Below are positions 12,431 to 26,149 of a stretch of 64,000 nt of DNA, piece after piece. The stretch is from Adineta vaga (Eukaryota; Animalia; Rotifera), in NCBI GenBank assembly GCA_021613535.1, contig CP075495.1, forward strand, positions 9,734,001-9,798,000, written 5' to 3'. The position numbers were made by a program, and so were the translations under genes. A model generated the notes under the pieces. That model did not search any database. It was not told where the DNA came from and worked only from the letters and a program-made list of their open reading frames with translations. The first letter of the stretch is position 1. Each line of letters starts with the position of its first letter.

Positions 12431-14106
12431 ATGTTTATCTTGAATTCATCTTCAGATTCTCATAAGATTTCTTTTCTTACTTTAAAAGAATCGACAAAAT
12501 ATAAAGACAGGTAAGTCAGGTCAACAATTTTATATTATGCAAAATTGTTGTTGAATATACAAAAAAAATGGCACATGAAACAAATGAAACAACCTTGCTT
12601 CTTCCAGCAAATCCATCACTCCAGCTTATAAAGTTTATCCACATCGATTCTATATTCTTTTTGTTTTTTCATTTCTATCGTTTAATCAATGTATTATGTG
12701 GTTGACATTCTCTCCGATTGCGCGGAATACTGAAACTTATTACAATATTACTGAGGCAACGGTTGATCTTCTTCTTAATTGGGGACCTATTATATTTATT
12801 CCATGTTTACCATTAACTTCGATTCTATTAAATCTACCGAGTGGATTACGATACTGTGTTCTTCTACTAGCTGTTACTGATTTTCTTGGTGCATTATCGC
12901 GAATTTTACCATCAATAATTATGTCATCAACAGATCCAAAGTTCAATTCTATTGCATTACCATTTATTCATGTTGGTCAAATATTGAATGCTGCTTGTGG
13001 TCCTCTAGTTATGGCACCAGTATCACAATTATCATCTCTTTGGTTTGCTCCACATGAACGAACACGTGCAACTACAGTAGCAATCTTTGCTAATTATCTC
13101 GGTTCCGGAGTAGGCTTTGCTATAAGTCCAATAATTGTTGCATTGCCTGAACATGTTCCTCGTCTTCTCTATATTCATTTTGGTCTTGCATTTGTTGCTT
13201 GTGTCCTATCATTGATTTACTTTCCTGCTCAACCACCAACGGCACCTTCTGCTGCAGCTGAATTACTTATATTAAATCCAACAAACAATGCAACTAGTCA
13301 TAATTGGCGAACATTTTCAAAAGATATTTGGAAATGTTTAACAACACCTTCATTTGTACTACTTTCAACAGCTGGTGGTCTTCTTTACGGAACACTTGGT
13401 GCGTGGACGAGTCTCTATGATGTTCTTCTTGAGCCTGAACATTACACAGAAGCACAAGCAGGTAAATGAAAAACTATTTTATTTTATTATAATTATGGAT
13501 TAAACTTAAAATATTTTAGGTTGGTTTGGTTTTGGTTCAACTATAGCAGCAATCGTGGGTGGTCTTTGTTTAGGTCATCTTGCTGATACACGTCGTTTTC
13601 AACATTCATTAAAAATTCTTATCCTTATTTCATTAATTGGTTGTCTATTAGCTATTGTTTGGTTTGAACTTTGTGTTCATAGTTTATTTTACGATAAACA
13701 TATTCTTTCATCAACAGTTGTAACAATTGGATTATCAACTGGTCTAGCTGGTCTATTTTCAGGTGCTGCATCACCATTAATCTATGAAGCTCTTGCTGAA
13801 ATCATGTATCCACTTCCTGAATCATTATCCGCATCGATACTTGTTCAATGGATCAATATTGTTACACTCATATTTCTATTCGTTGCCCCAAATCGTGATA
13901 AATTAGTTAATTTTCTTGTTTTAATTGTCTGTAGTGTTTGTATTCTTATCATCTTAGTGACACGATTTACATATAGGCGACGTGATGAAGATGAGAGAAA
14001 ACGACTTGAAAAAGATCAAAATCAAATAATCAATGAAAATAATTTAAATCAACCTGCTAATTATCTTATCAATGAACAACAACAACTTTATGAAACTTAT
14101 GAATAA
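12431..14106 (+). CDS. MFS transporter, SLC49 (DIRC2/FLVCR-like); N-terminus ambiguous (ATG 12431 with intron 12511-12607, or ATG 12568 with a 1-nt deletion)
   Basis: YKVYPHRFYILFVFSF...WLTFSPI, LLLNWGPI, LSSLWFAPHERTRAT, AQAGWFGF, YEALAEIMYPLPESLS; about 12 TM segments; intron 13462-13519. Confidence 0.85.
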
Positions 14107-14377
14107 ATGACTTTTTTTTTGTATTATCAAATGATAAATAAAAATATGATCAGATTGATATCTGTTTAAGTTTTTGTAAATATAGTTTAGTAATTCACAT
14201 TATGATAAATGATTTTTCTTTGCATATAATTCAACAAACGTTTGAATATAACCTTATTAAGTCTCATTTTATTTATAATGATGTCGAAAACAAATAGTTT
14301 AAATAAATCAATATATATATATTTATTTTTTTTTTGTGTTCTACTACGGATATTTCATATATGTCAATGTTTAATAT

Positions 14378-14764
14378 TTAACCGAATAGTGGTCCACGTC
14401 GTTTTGTATTGATCCATCGACGACCGAATAATGGTGCACCATATCGTCGTTTATTGAGTACAACAAATTGTTCATCGTCACTTGCACTATTACTTCCATT
14501 AGATTCCATATTTTTCAGATTAATTGTTCCATGTTCTGTATTTGGAAGTGATACTAATGAACGACCCATAAGTGGAGCTCGTAAACGTTGCGCAACATTT
14601 GGTCGACCGACATCATTATCAGGACTTTGAGAAGGCGATTCTAATGACATAACATAAATTGTTTGCTAAAATCTCAATTGAAAATTACCAGTCGATATAG
14701 ATATTTCTATGCTTACCTGTAATACAACCAAATTTAAGAGAATGAATGGCAAAGCAAGATGCAT
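14378..14764 (-). CDS. Neuropeptide precursor yielding PL(F/M)amide peptides (exons 14764-14717, 14665-14378)
   Basis: Signal peptide MHLALPFILLNLVVLQQTIYVMS; repeats R-APLM-GR, KRR-YGAPLF-GRR, KRR-GPLF-G* (Gly amidation donors next to basic cleavage sites). Confidence 0.85.
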
Positions 14765-15990
14765 GATGATGAATACGAGGCGTTTAATTTACTAAAAGAG
14801 GAAAGTAAATGAATAAAATTGATCTAAAGATAAAAGTTTTCAATCGCTCTTAATCAATTCGAATATTTCCGAAAGGAAAAGCTAAGAAAACATCTTCATT
14901 CTAGCTTGTAGATCGTTGACGATTGTCATTTTTCAAAAGCAATATTATTCCATAGGTACTTATATATGGGTCCAAACAAAGAAGAAAAAAACATTAAACA
15001 GAAATGAATTTTAATCGAAATAATAATTGGATTAATAATGTTCTTTCTTGGCAAAATATAGTGACTACGTCATCTCGAGAATAAAAACTGATCTATTATT
15101 AAAATCGATATATATATATATAAATAGACATTTAACATGCGTTAATCAATATATTTTGGGGGTGTAAAATGAGAAAGTGATAAATAACAGAAGACGAAGA
15201 GGTGTGAAAAATAGGTCCGTATTACACTGCACAGATGATTATCAACGATGAATAGCTCATTCAAAATGAAGTTCGTCTATTTTTTAGTACAGAAGTATCA
15301 CAACTAAATAATATTGTTAAATCTTTGACCTGGTTTTTTTTCATCGCAGAAACTTTGTTTAAAGTAAAGATATATTATCCAGGTGAATAAATCTTATAGG
15401 AAAAATGTCTATCTAATGTTTAGAAAAGATTTTATACGTCTTATTCATTGATGAAAATTACTATTCACGCTATAATAACGAATGAATATTTTCCTTTTTC
15501 TTCATTTTCATTCAAAATATTTCACTTACTTTGACAGTGACTGACCCGATACGAATAAAGTTATTTTCATTCGTTTCACCATGTGTAATCGTATAATATA
15601 TTAAACCGTATATCCGATTTTTCTTTTCTTTCCCTGACATCTATTATTGTTGCTAAAGTTTGCACGCTCACATATTTATCATAACATGTTCACTTGCTTA
15701 ATCGTTTTCTATACGATTAATTATTTCTCTCCGTTGACCGTATAGAAGATTCTTGATGAATAATAATTTCATTATGAACCCTTCAGTTGAAAAATTTCTC
15801 TTCTAATGTTAATCTTTCTTATTTCTTATTTGCTAATAAAATGAATAATGAGCATGTATATTCAATAACAACAAATCGAAACAGTTGTTGTTATTGTTAT
15901 GAAATACGATCTTGTCTATTGTTTGATTTTATCAATCGTATCGATATTTGAAAAATGAAATAGAATTGCTCGTTTTCAATCACGAAAATA

Positions 15991-16893
15991 ATGTCGACAA
16001 GTAGCAAAGATAATTCTAACGAAGAACAGAATGAGATAAAAGATGAAATAACACCAATACGTCGAAAAAATTCACGTCGTCAACGTCAACAGCTTCGATT
16101 TTCCGAAGATGAACAACAAGAAGAAAAAGAACCGAAATCACCATCAACTTTCAAACCACCAACACGTGCTAGTCGTTTTTTGTCGATTTGTGAACCCTCA
16201 CTTGAATTACCTTCTGCTAATTTTCTTCGATTACGACAATTACATGATGAAAAAATAAATCAAAAAAGTTCCGATGAAATAACAGATGCCGAGTTCGATA
16301 AAATACCATTTAGGTAGAAATAATATCAAAATAAATCAACGAAATAGTTTCTCAATTTTCTTTTTTGTTCAATTAGAATTGAAATTATTCCCGAACGACG
16401 TGATGATCTTGACATTGTTCAAACGAGTCCGAAAACTAAACCAACGATGGATATATCAACAGTAATTCCAAGTTGTTTAACTGATCAACGTCGTTTAGAA
16501 ATTATTGAAGAACTTTTAAAAAAATTAAGTCAAATCAATGTTCTTGATGAAATTCGTCGAGCTAATGTTATTCCATATCAATTACCACAGTAAAATGAAA
16601 CATTCTATTTGATAAATCTCCATTTGAATTCAATTTAGAAAAAATCAGTTACAAAAAAATGTTGCTAAACGTATTCGAGAATTGACTGGTAGCGATGTAG
16701 TTATGCTTAATGATCATGTGTATATGAAGAATTTATGTAAACGCATTGAAGAAAAACATCAAGTACGATATGATGTGTTTCTTACTAAGATTATTCAATT
16801 GATTATTCTGATTTTTAGAAAGAATTAGAAAAGAAATTTGAACGACTTGCATCGAATGAAAAACATCGACCATTACTTGAACACATCGAATAA
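15991..16893 (+). CDS. Hypothetical protein (4 exons); disordered N-terminus, helical/coiled-coil C-terminus
   Basis: Phase-consistent GT-AG introns; ends ...RRLEIIEELLKKLSQINVLDEIRR...KELEKKFERLASNEKHRPLLEHIE*; no family recognised. Confidence 0.7.
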
Positions 16894-17443
16894 TATCTCT
16901 ATGCTTTCATTGACTTTTTTTTTAGAATTTCTCATTTATTATCCAATAAAATAATGTCATCTATTCGAACAATTTGATTCAAACAAGATCACATTTGTGT
17001 TATGTAAATCTGATGATTGTCAGATAAAGAATAGGATATTACAGCTGTTTTTTCCTATCATCTATTGAATGTTACGTTGATCTCATGATGTACAATTAAT
17101 CAATATGTGTTATGGAATGATATTCGATTTATAAAAAGTTTCAACATAGATTTTAATTAGAACAAATAATTGACTTGTATTTATCAAATCCTACTTTTAT
17201 ATTGTATTTTTCGTCCTTTGCCTATTGATTTATTTAAATCCAAAATGAAATTTGATACATATGACTCAAGGTAGTTACAATATTTTTCTGTTGATGGAGA
17301 TATATGATCACAGATATATTTACTATATATGAATGTTATTTTTCAAGGTGAAAATATCAAAGCGAAATCAGATCCGTGTATAAAAAAGAAACGACAATAT
17401 AAAATGATGTTATTTTCAACTAAAAAAATTAAGTTAGAATAAA

Positions 17444-19403
17444 ATGTATCGTATACTTTCGTTAATCGTTGTTACATTTATATGTATAAAACATTCATTA
17501 GCAGGTTTTATGATTTAAAATAACTTGTAATTTCATTTGATTTTCGTTTCTTTAGTTCAATGTAATACAAATCCTTGTGAATTAGCTGGTGATTTTCTAC
17601 CACCTAATTATCAATGTCTTCCAGCATTAGACAATCCTAATAATGTCATTTGTACCTGTCCTGATGGTCATGTAGAAACAAATCGACGTTGTCGTAAGCA
17701 ATTTTCTTATGAAGAATTCGAAATTAGTCATTTGTTTTAGGTGTTTGTGAATCAATTAATTGTGGACTCAATGCTGTTTGTATCGAACGATCATTTTTTG
17801 AGGGTTTATATTATGCATGTGGCTGTACGAATGGTACAGATAATTACTTAAATCCAGGACCATGTCCCGGTAAGAATGATATTCAATTGCTAATGAAATC
17901 ATATAACCTCACAATGATATAAATCTATAGTAATCAACCCAATAACAACAACAACAACAACAACAATAACTCCCCCAGTTGGCATTTGTCTTAACGGTGG
18001 TATGCAGAAGAGCGAAATTCCATACAGTAGCATCAAATTTTTTATTCTATTTAATTAGGTGTCTATAATAGTGTAACAGGAATATGTACTTGTATAAATG
18101 GTTATACTGGTCGTTACTGTGAAATACCAAATGGTGAGATTTGAAAGAAACGTCTCTCTTCCTTTTTTTTTTTATATAAATGAATACCCTTTTGTTAAGC
18201 CCAAACCGGTTGTCAAAACATAGTCTGTGCTAATGGTGGCGTATGCAATCCAAATCCTCCAACTGAAAATGGAATTATTATGCACTGTTCCTGTCCGAAT
18301 GGTATTATAAATTTAGTTTTAACAAGAAAAAATAATCTCAGTCTTTAACTCTAGGTTTTACTGGTCCAAATTGTGAATTAGTCGGTAAGAAAAGTGTAGT
18401 TAGTCTGTTTCGTGGAATATAAGCAGTGTACTCTATCAAATGGATAGAAAAACAGTCATGTTACTTGGAATTTGCATGATAGTCTAAATTGTTGTTTGTA
18501 ATTTGAAACTTTCCCCCCAAAACTGATTGATAAGAACTGGCTCCATCGGCACATCATAATAAAAGATAGAACACTGACTGTTTTAATTAATCTATGTTAT
18601 GAAGGAAAAAAAAACTAATTGCAAATGCGGAAATGATCTGACATCACGAACACTGCTTGTTCTTTCGTGATGTATTCACTAAGGTATTCCGTGATATTGA
18701 AATTTTAACTAATTTTATCTCTCGAGTTATATCCGAATGATTTATTAACTTTATATAGTAAGGAAAATAAGTGTTGGTGGGCGTTATGACATTTGCAGAA
18801 TAATCTTATATTCTCTATAGTATCATTTATCCTGTTCTATTGCATCTTCTTCTGATAACCCACTCAAATTGAGTTACATCGGCGCAGTGTTTATAACACA
18901 CTTTCACAATTGGATATCACGTACATGTCTATCTTAGTTGAAAAGTTCAGGATTCAATGCGTAATCACTAAAGAGTATTTCTCGTCATGCATATTTTGAT
19001 AAAACAACTAACAAACCATTTTATCTCTTTAGGTACGCTTGGTCGTTGTACACTGGGTCTTTGTCAAAACGGAGGCGTGTGTGAAGAAAGATTGAGTGGT
19101 TCGACTACTTATGCTTTCTGTCGATGTCCACCAGGAATAACAGGTCAATGTTGTCAAACATGTAAGTAAAATCTACGTCATGAAATTATAGATAGATTAA
19201 AGATGGATCTTTTATGGATTTCTTTTCTTTTAGCATATTTTTCTTGTCCAATGGCGGGTGTCTTTGCTGATCCGATCAATTGTAAATTTGGAAAATATTT
19301 TCAATGTAATGGTTATACACTCTCTTCACTTTCATGTCCAAGAGGTCTTCGATATAATTTTATGAAGATGCGTTGTGATACTGATGTTTCATGTCCACCA
19401 TAA
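17444..19403 (+). CDS. Secreted multi-EGF protein with C-terminal CBM14/peritrophin-A-like chitin-binding domain (9 exons)
   Basis: Signal peptide MYRILSLIVVTFICIKHSLA; EGF repeats (CLNGG...CTCINGYTGRYCE; CQNGGVC...CRCPPGITGQCC); C-terminal FSCPMAGVFADPINCKFGKYFQC...SCPRGLRYNFMKMRCDTDVSC. Confidence 0.8.
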
Positions 19404-20643
19404 ATGAAGCACGTAAAATGAAGTAATCTAATAACACTTAAAAAAAAAGAAAGAAAATATTATCTTTCTAATCATCTTTTCTTTTTCGTTTTTCCTATGT
19501 AAAGAATAAAATATTAATAAAAGAAATATTCAAAGAATTATCTGTAATTACAGAATATTCAACATGAATAAACGATTATTGATTGAAAGGAAATCGTTAA
19601 GACTCTTTCCTTATTTTGTATGAAAATATACATGATTGAATTATGGATAAGTGCCATTTATTATCCACGGTCATTTCTTGCATACATGTCCTTGTTATAA
19701 ATACAAGCAGCATCAGAGCAAGAAGAAGGAGGAGATGATGACAACGATGGGAATTCCGATTCATTCGATACAGCAATATGACCTAAGTAAAAGATATGAT
19801 ATCATTCTATCTTCTTCTTCTTCTTCTTCTTTTAGCTTTTACTGTCCTATTTCTATTTTCTTCCAGTGATGAGAGAGTGTTATCGGTTGTTCGATTTTCT
19901 CTCCTTATTTCTCTCAATCTGTCTCCACTTTGTGCAGTGAAGGAGAAAGATCCGGTGTCGAGTTGATGTCGTCGTTGTCGTTGTCTTTATTGTTGTTGTT
20001 TCTGTTGTTACTGCTATAGTTCTTCCTTTATATAAATATGTTAATCAGGCGCGGGTGGAGAAAAGAGGTTAGTTGTAAGCATCGTTAGTGCTTGTCAATG
20101 GATAAAGGATTCTCGAAAGAAGAGAAAAAAAACGATAGCCATATATTAATACAAATGAAGAGGAGGAGGTCTCTTTTCTTCTTCTTCATCTGCGTTGTCT
20201 ATCGCTTCGCATGTCTCTCATTTACTCTAAGTATGGTTCTTTTCATGTTGGTTCTATGTTACAGACAGCTGACATAAAACATCTAAATTGTTCTAAAGAC
20301 GCGTCTAATATTCAATCAATGCTCATAGGTTTGTCATATTTGTAATTTTGATTTATTAATTAGAAAGAAATATGTTGACAAATAATAGGAAGAGTTATTT
20401 CATTTCTCTGTAAATAACTATTTTCATATTTGTTCTTGTAAAACTTCGACAAAAATTAGAATAACATTAATGATTGACTTTCTCTTTTATATCTCTTGGA
20501 AAAAATAAACAAGCGAAAATCTTCGTCTTCTTCTTTTTATTCGTGACAAAGAGTTTCTTGTCTTGTATACATTATGTCTATATAACACGTCATTTTGATT
20601 TCTTGTTTTGCTTATTTAGTAAATGAGTTATTAATCTTTATCA

Positions 20644-23600
20644 ATGGATACGAATAACAGTAATACATCGATGAGTAGTACAAGTTTAGCTGGCTCATGT
20701 TCAGGTGAACGGTATTGGTTTGCTTTTCTTTTTTCAAGTTTGGCAACATTTCTTATCGGTGTTATTGCTATTCTTATTTGGCGTTTTGGAGCATTAGTCT
20801 ATAAACGTGGACCAAGCATACGACAACGATCAAAACGATCAGTACCGAATGCTGATAAAGAAGAAGTACCTTATTTATTTGATCCAATAAATGAACGTAA
20901 TTGGGCAACAATAATCAAAGAATATGCAGCTAAACTAATATCAGGACAACAAACACCAGGAAAAATTCTCGTATATCCTCGAAAAGAATAAACTACATAA
21001 TTCATTAATCATATTAATGTATTATAGGTAATTGCTGTTGTTGTCTTAAGTTTGGCATCGTTAGTAATTTATTTCTATGATGTTAGCACACAGTAAGAAA
21101 AGATGAATTTAATGACATGTTTGTTTAATTCATTTCATATTTCTCCTTCTTTTTCTTTTCAAATAAAAAGACCAATTGAATCTTGTCAATTATGGTCACA
21201 AAGTCCGACACAACAGATCGATTTAGCTTTCAATATATTTTTTCTTTTCTATTTTTTTCTTCGAGTAAGATACTTAAGAATTCATGTGTGCTTTTTAATG
21301 AATATCTTATCAATGTCTTTAGTTTATTGCTGCACAAGATAAACTTCGATTTTGGTGTTTGGATATTCATTCATGGGTCGATTTTTTCACCATTCCACCA
21401 TCATTTACTGCGATTGTTTTGGGACGTAATTGGATTGGTAGGAAAGATGATACATTTCCATGAAATAGATTGTTTTTTTTTCCTAGGAATGCGATTTTTT
21501 CGTATTGCACGAATTTTGAATATTCCAGATATTCTTCAATTTTTACATATACTTCGCAGTAGTAATTCCATTCGTTTGACACGAATGTTATGTCTTCTAT
21601 TTACGGTTTGGTTATCAGCAGCCGGATTTGTCCATCTGGTAATAATATTATTGTTATTTCAATGATAAAAAAGATTTTTCGATATATATTTATATGTATA
21701 TAGGTTGAGAATTCCGGCGATTTCTTTCAAAATTATTCAAATTCACAACCAATAACTTATTTTCAATGTGTTTATTTTCTTATCGTCACAATGAGGTAAT
21801 TAGAGATACAATGACATTAGTTAATCTTATAAATATGAGAATAGATTAAGAAAGAACGAAACACTTCAAATCGCATCTCATATTCAATGTATGGTTTTCC
21901 ACTTCTGTGCTCTTTACGTCTGATTTCTTGGTTAATAGATTCAAAGTTTTCTGCTTGAATAATAGATCAGAATAGTTTTCTTTCAGAAAAAAAAGAATAA
22001 GTCATTCATTAATAAACAAATGCCAGAAAACGATGTATTTTTTGTTTAGTCTTCTATACAAAAAATTCTTTCTAGTTCTAAGAACATTTTTCTTTTGAAT
22101 TTATCATTCTATTCAATTCACTAGTCCTTATCTATTATTTAGTATATTCGCTCTTTTTTTGCTTTTTAATAATCTCCTTTTACATCATAGTTGTTAACTC
22201 ATGGCGTGCAAGAATCAAATGAGATAGAATACAAAAATAAATTAAAAAAACATTGCACCATATGTATACTTCAGGATAATTGTCATAGCTAAAAGATTTT
22301 ACCAACAAAAAGCTCACAGTTTACATTATAAAAGACAAAATATTAATAAAGACATTTATCGATTATGAAATCGAATAAATTATTTAGAGGACGCCGGTCC
22401 ATTGTTTTCAATATTAAATATATATATATATATACTTTGTTGTTTTTCTTTTTATTTCTAGTACAGTTGGCTACGGCGATTACCATTTGAGAACAGTTCG
22501 TAGTAGTTAGTACGAGATGACTGCTTGAATGTGTGTGAATGTGATCGTATACGTCTCTGTTATTTCCTTTTTAGATTATCTTCAACAAATCATCTATAAT
22601 CATGTATTTATTTTCTATAGACGGTTGGACAATGTTTTATAATATTCTTCATCACGGGTGGTCTCGCACTTTTCGCTCGAGCAATTCCGGAATTAGCAGA
22701 AATGTTATCGAATAAAAAGAAATATGCCGGACAATATCGATTAGAAAATGGCAAAAAGTATGAAATCGATTTTAACTAATAATTCATTGTTATATCAATA
22801 TCATACGAAACAAAACATTTCTATCGTATTTAGATTTGTTCTTGTTTGTGGTCATATTACATTTACATCAATGGAAAATTTCCTTAAAGATTTCTTACAT
22901 GAAGATCGAGTTAGTTCAGATAGTTTCTATGATGCTGATGTTTTAATTGTTGATAAGTATGTTGATAGAGTAGAATTTTGTAGAAAAACTCACTATGATT
23001 GAATCTAGAAAACATTCAGTCGATTTTGAATTTCAAGCTTTATTAAAACGACATTTTACACGTGTTATGTATTTTGATGCTACTGTTATGGATCCTGTGG
23101 ATTTAGAACGTGTTAAAGTAAATGAAAACTTATTTCACAAAATAAAACAAACTAAAAGACTTATATTTTTAGTTAAAAAGAACAGAAGCAGTTTTAATCT
23201 TAGCAAATAAAGATGCTATAGATCCTGATGGTGAAGATGCAAGTAATATCATGCGTGTAATTAGTATTAAAAATTATCATTCAGAAACAAAAATTATTGT
23301 TCAACTTCTACAATATCATAATAAAGTAGAGATTAGAAAATCAACCTAATCGATTTCTATGTATTATTATCTTGTTTATCTTACAGATGCATTTGATGAA
23401 TATTCCAGCATGGAATAATAATACAGATGAAGCTGTTTGTATTGCTGGTAAGATAATCAAAGAAGAATGATTGAAGATGTTTTTATAGCTCGTTTTTTCT
23501 TGTTAGAATTGAAACTAGGTTTAATTGCTGAAAGCTGTCTGAATCCAGGCTTTTCAACGATGATTGCAAATATTTTTGCTATGCGTTCAGATACAGAAGT

Positions 23601-26149
23601 AAGTGAAGCAAAACTTTTCTAAGTGATAAATAATTGATAAATATCGAGCAAATGTTTTTCCTTTAGGTTGCTGGAAAATTAACAGAAAAGGTCAATATTC
23701 TCTTTTGATGTTATTTAATAGAAGAAAGAAAAAAAATCAAACTCTGTTTTCCTTCTTTCTTTCAAAATCTAGGGTGCACCTGATCGGTCAGTTTGGTTAC
23801 AACAATATCTTCGTGGTGCATCATTGGAAATGTATACAGAAACATTATCAAATTATTTCGTAAACGATCTAAAAAATTTCAGTGAAGCTGCAAGGTAAAA
23901 AGATCACGATGGATAATTGGTATTGAAATATTTCAGATTGATTTTTGTAGATTTTGTTTGGTTGAACTTGATATTCTTCTTTTTGCCATTGAAGTTTGTG
24001 AAGAAAATGGACAACGACGATTAGCAATTAATCCAGATCGAACATCGAAATATTATCGTATTGCGAAACGAACGAGAGGATTTTTTTTAGCTGGAAGTTC
24101 AGAAGAAGCATCAAGGTAATATTCATTGTATACGAAATCATTAGTAATTGACTGTTCTCTATATAATTTAGAGCTCGTTATTATTGTCGTCATTGTCATC
24201 ATAAACAAAAACCTGAAGCAATTCATAAATGTGTTCATTATCGTATTGAAGGTAACTATATCTTTGATTTTCTTTGTTGATCTTTAATTTGTGTATTGTT
24301 TTATTAGATTCATCGAATAGCAATAAATCACGTAAGATACTCTGAAAATTCAACTTAGATTTTCTTCTCATCTATATGTTTATTTATATATATATATAGG
24401 ACGTGAAATGTCACGGCCTCGTTCGGAAAGTTCTATAATGTATGCTAATTATTTGAAGCATCAAACAAAACGAAAGACCTAATTACTAATCTTTATTTTA
24501 GTCATCATCCTCTTCCACCAACTCCTCAAATACCAAAGCCATTCTGTTTTGATACAACGGGAATGTTTTATTGGTGTCCAACACAAACATTAGAACAACA
24601 AACTATTGTAAAGTTTCATCTTTCGTTTTTGTTTTGTTTTTATCAACGATAGAACTTTTAGGATATTCGAGTTAAATGTGATTTAACACATCATGTTATT
24701 TGTTGTGTATTTGCTGAAGAATCATCACCTGTTATTGGTCTACGTAGTTTTGTTATGCCATTACGTGCATCAAATTTTGATGATAATGAACTTAAACCAA
24801 TTGTATTTATTGGAAACAGTATTTTTCTTAAGAAAGAATGGAGACATATATGCAATTTTCCTAAAGTGTATATAGTTGATGTATGTTATTTTCATTTCAA
24901 TTGAATCGTGGATTTTCATGTATATATATATATATGAATTTGTTTCTTCTATTCAAGGGTTCGCCAAATGATCGTGCAACATTACGAGCAGTTAATATTC
25001 ATTTATGTGATATGTGTGTTATTTTATCATCATCAGCATCACATCAAGATCAACGACAAGATCGATATTTAACCGATAAAGCAGCCATACTTTGTTCGTT
25101 GAATATTAAAGCAATGAGTTTCGATTCTGAATGTTCATCATCGGATCGACGTTGTGGAACATCAATACCATTGATTACTGAATTGAGTAAGTTGAAATTG
25201 TCTTACAAAAAAAAATAAACGAAACAATTCATCATCTTTAGAAAATGATACAAATGTCGTTTTTCTTGATCAAGATGATGATGATGATCCAAATATTGAT
25301 CTCTATATGACACAACCATTTGCATGTGGAACATCTTTTGCTATTAGTGTTCTTGATTCATTGATGAGTGCAACATATTTCAATGAAAATGCTCTAACTA
25401 TTCTTCGAGGTTAATTTTTATAGAAATTATTTGATTTTTATCTCAATGAGTATTTTCTGCTTCTTCTTTAGCATTGATTACGGGTGGTGCAACACCAGAA
25501 TTAGAAAAAATTTTAGCTGAAGGTGCAGGTATGACACAAGGTTCAAGTTCAAAAGAAGTCTTAAATAATCGACGACGACCTCGTGTTGTTTTATTACCTG
25601 TTGAACATCTTATTGTGGAAGATCGTACAGACCCAAAACAAAATTCTTTGATCCTAATGAATACATTTTGGGATGAGGTTTGAAAAAAGTTCTTTTTCAT
25701 TGAATTGAATATGAAGAATTTTATTACATAGAATCCAACGTATGGAGATTTATTTGTTAATTTATTAATACATCGTGATTGGCTTTGTCTTGGTCTCTAT
25801 CGTCTTCGAGATAGTTCGATGGCTGAACCAACTACTCAATCAAATAAACGTGTTGTTATATGTAGTCCACCACGAACATTACCTCTATATAAAACCGATC
25901 TAGTAATTATCTTTATTTATTTGAATTTTTCTCTCTCATGTAATTATTTCTTAGGTTTATGTGATACAACAATTTCAACCAAACTATGATCCAATATTCA
26001 ATACAGACATAGATACAATGAAATCAATGGATAGTTCTATTCAATCTGATGTTGTATCTAAATCATTCGATTCAGGCATACCAAGACCGTATACATTAGT
26101 TACTAGATCAACTCCAATGATAGATGACATGATTATGAATAGATATTAA
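20644..26149 (+). CDS. KCNMA1: Large-conductance Ca2+-activated K+ channel alpha subunit (Slo1/slowpoke), about 25 exons
   Basis: S0-S6 segments, S4 RFFRIARIL, pore TMSTVGYGD, RCK1 VCGHIT...[30 protein letters not shown] heme-type motif, Ca bowl [10 protein letters not shown]...[20 protein letters not shown]. Confidence 0.95.

Noticed and set aside
18741-18830. AGTAAGGAAAATAA, resembling the U12 snRNA branch-recognition region
   Set aside because: No 5' TGCCTTAAA, no Sm site and no 3' stem; probably chance in an AT-rich intron
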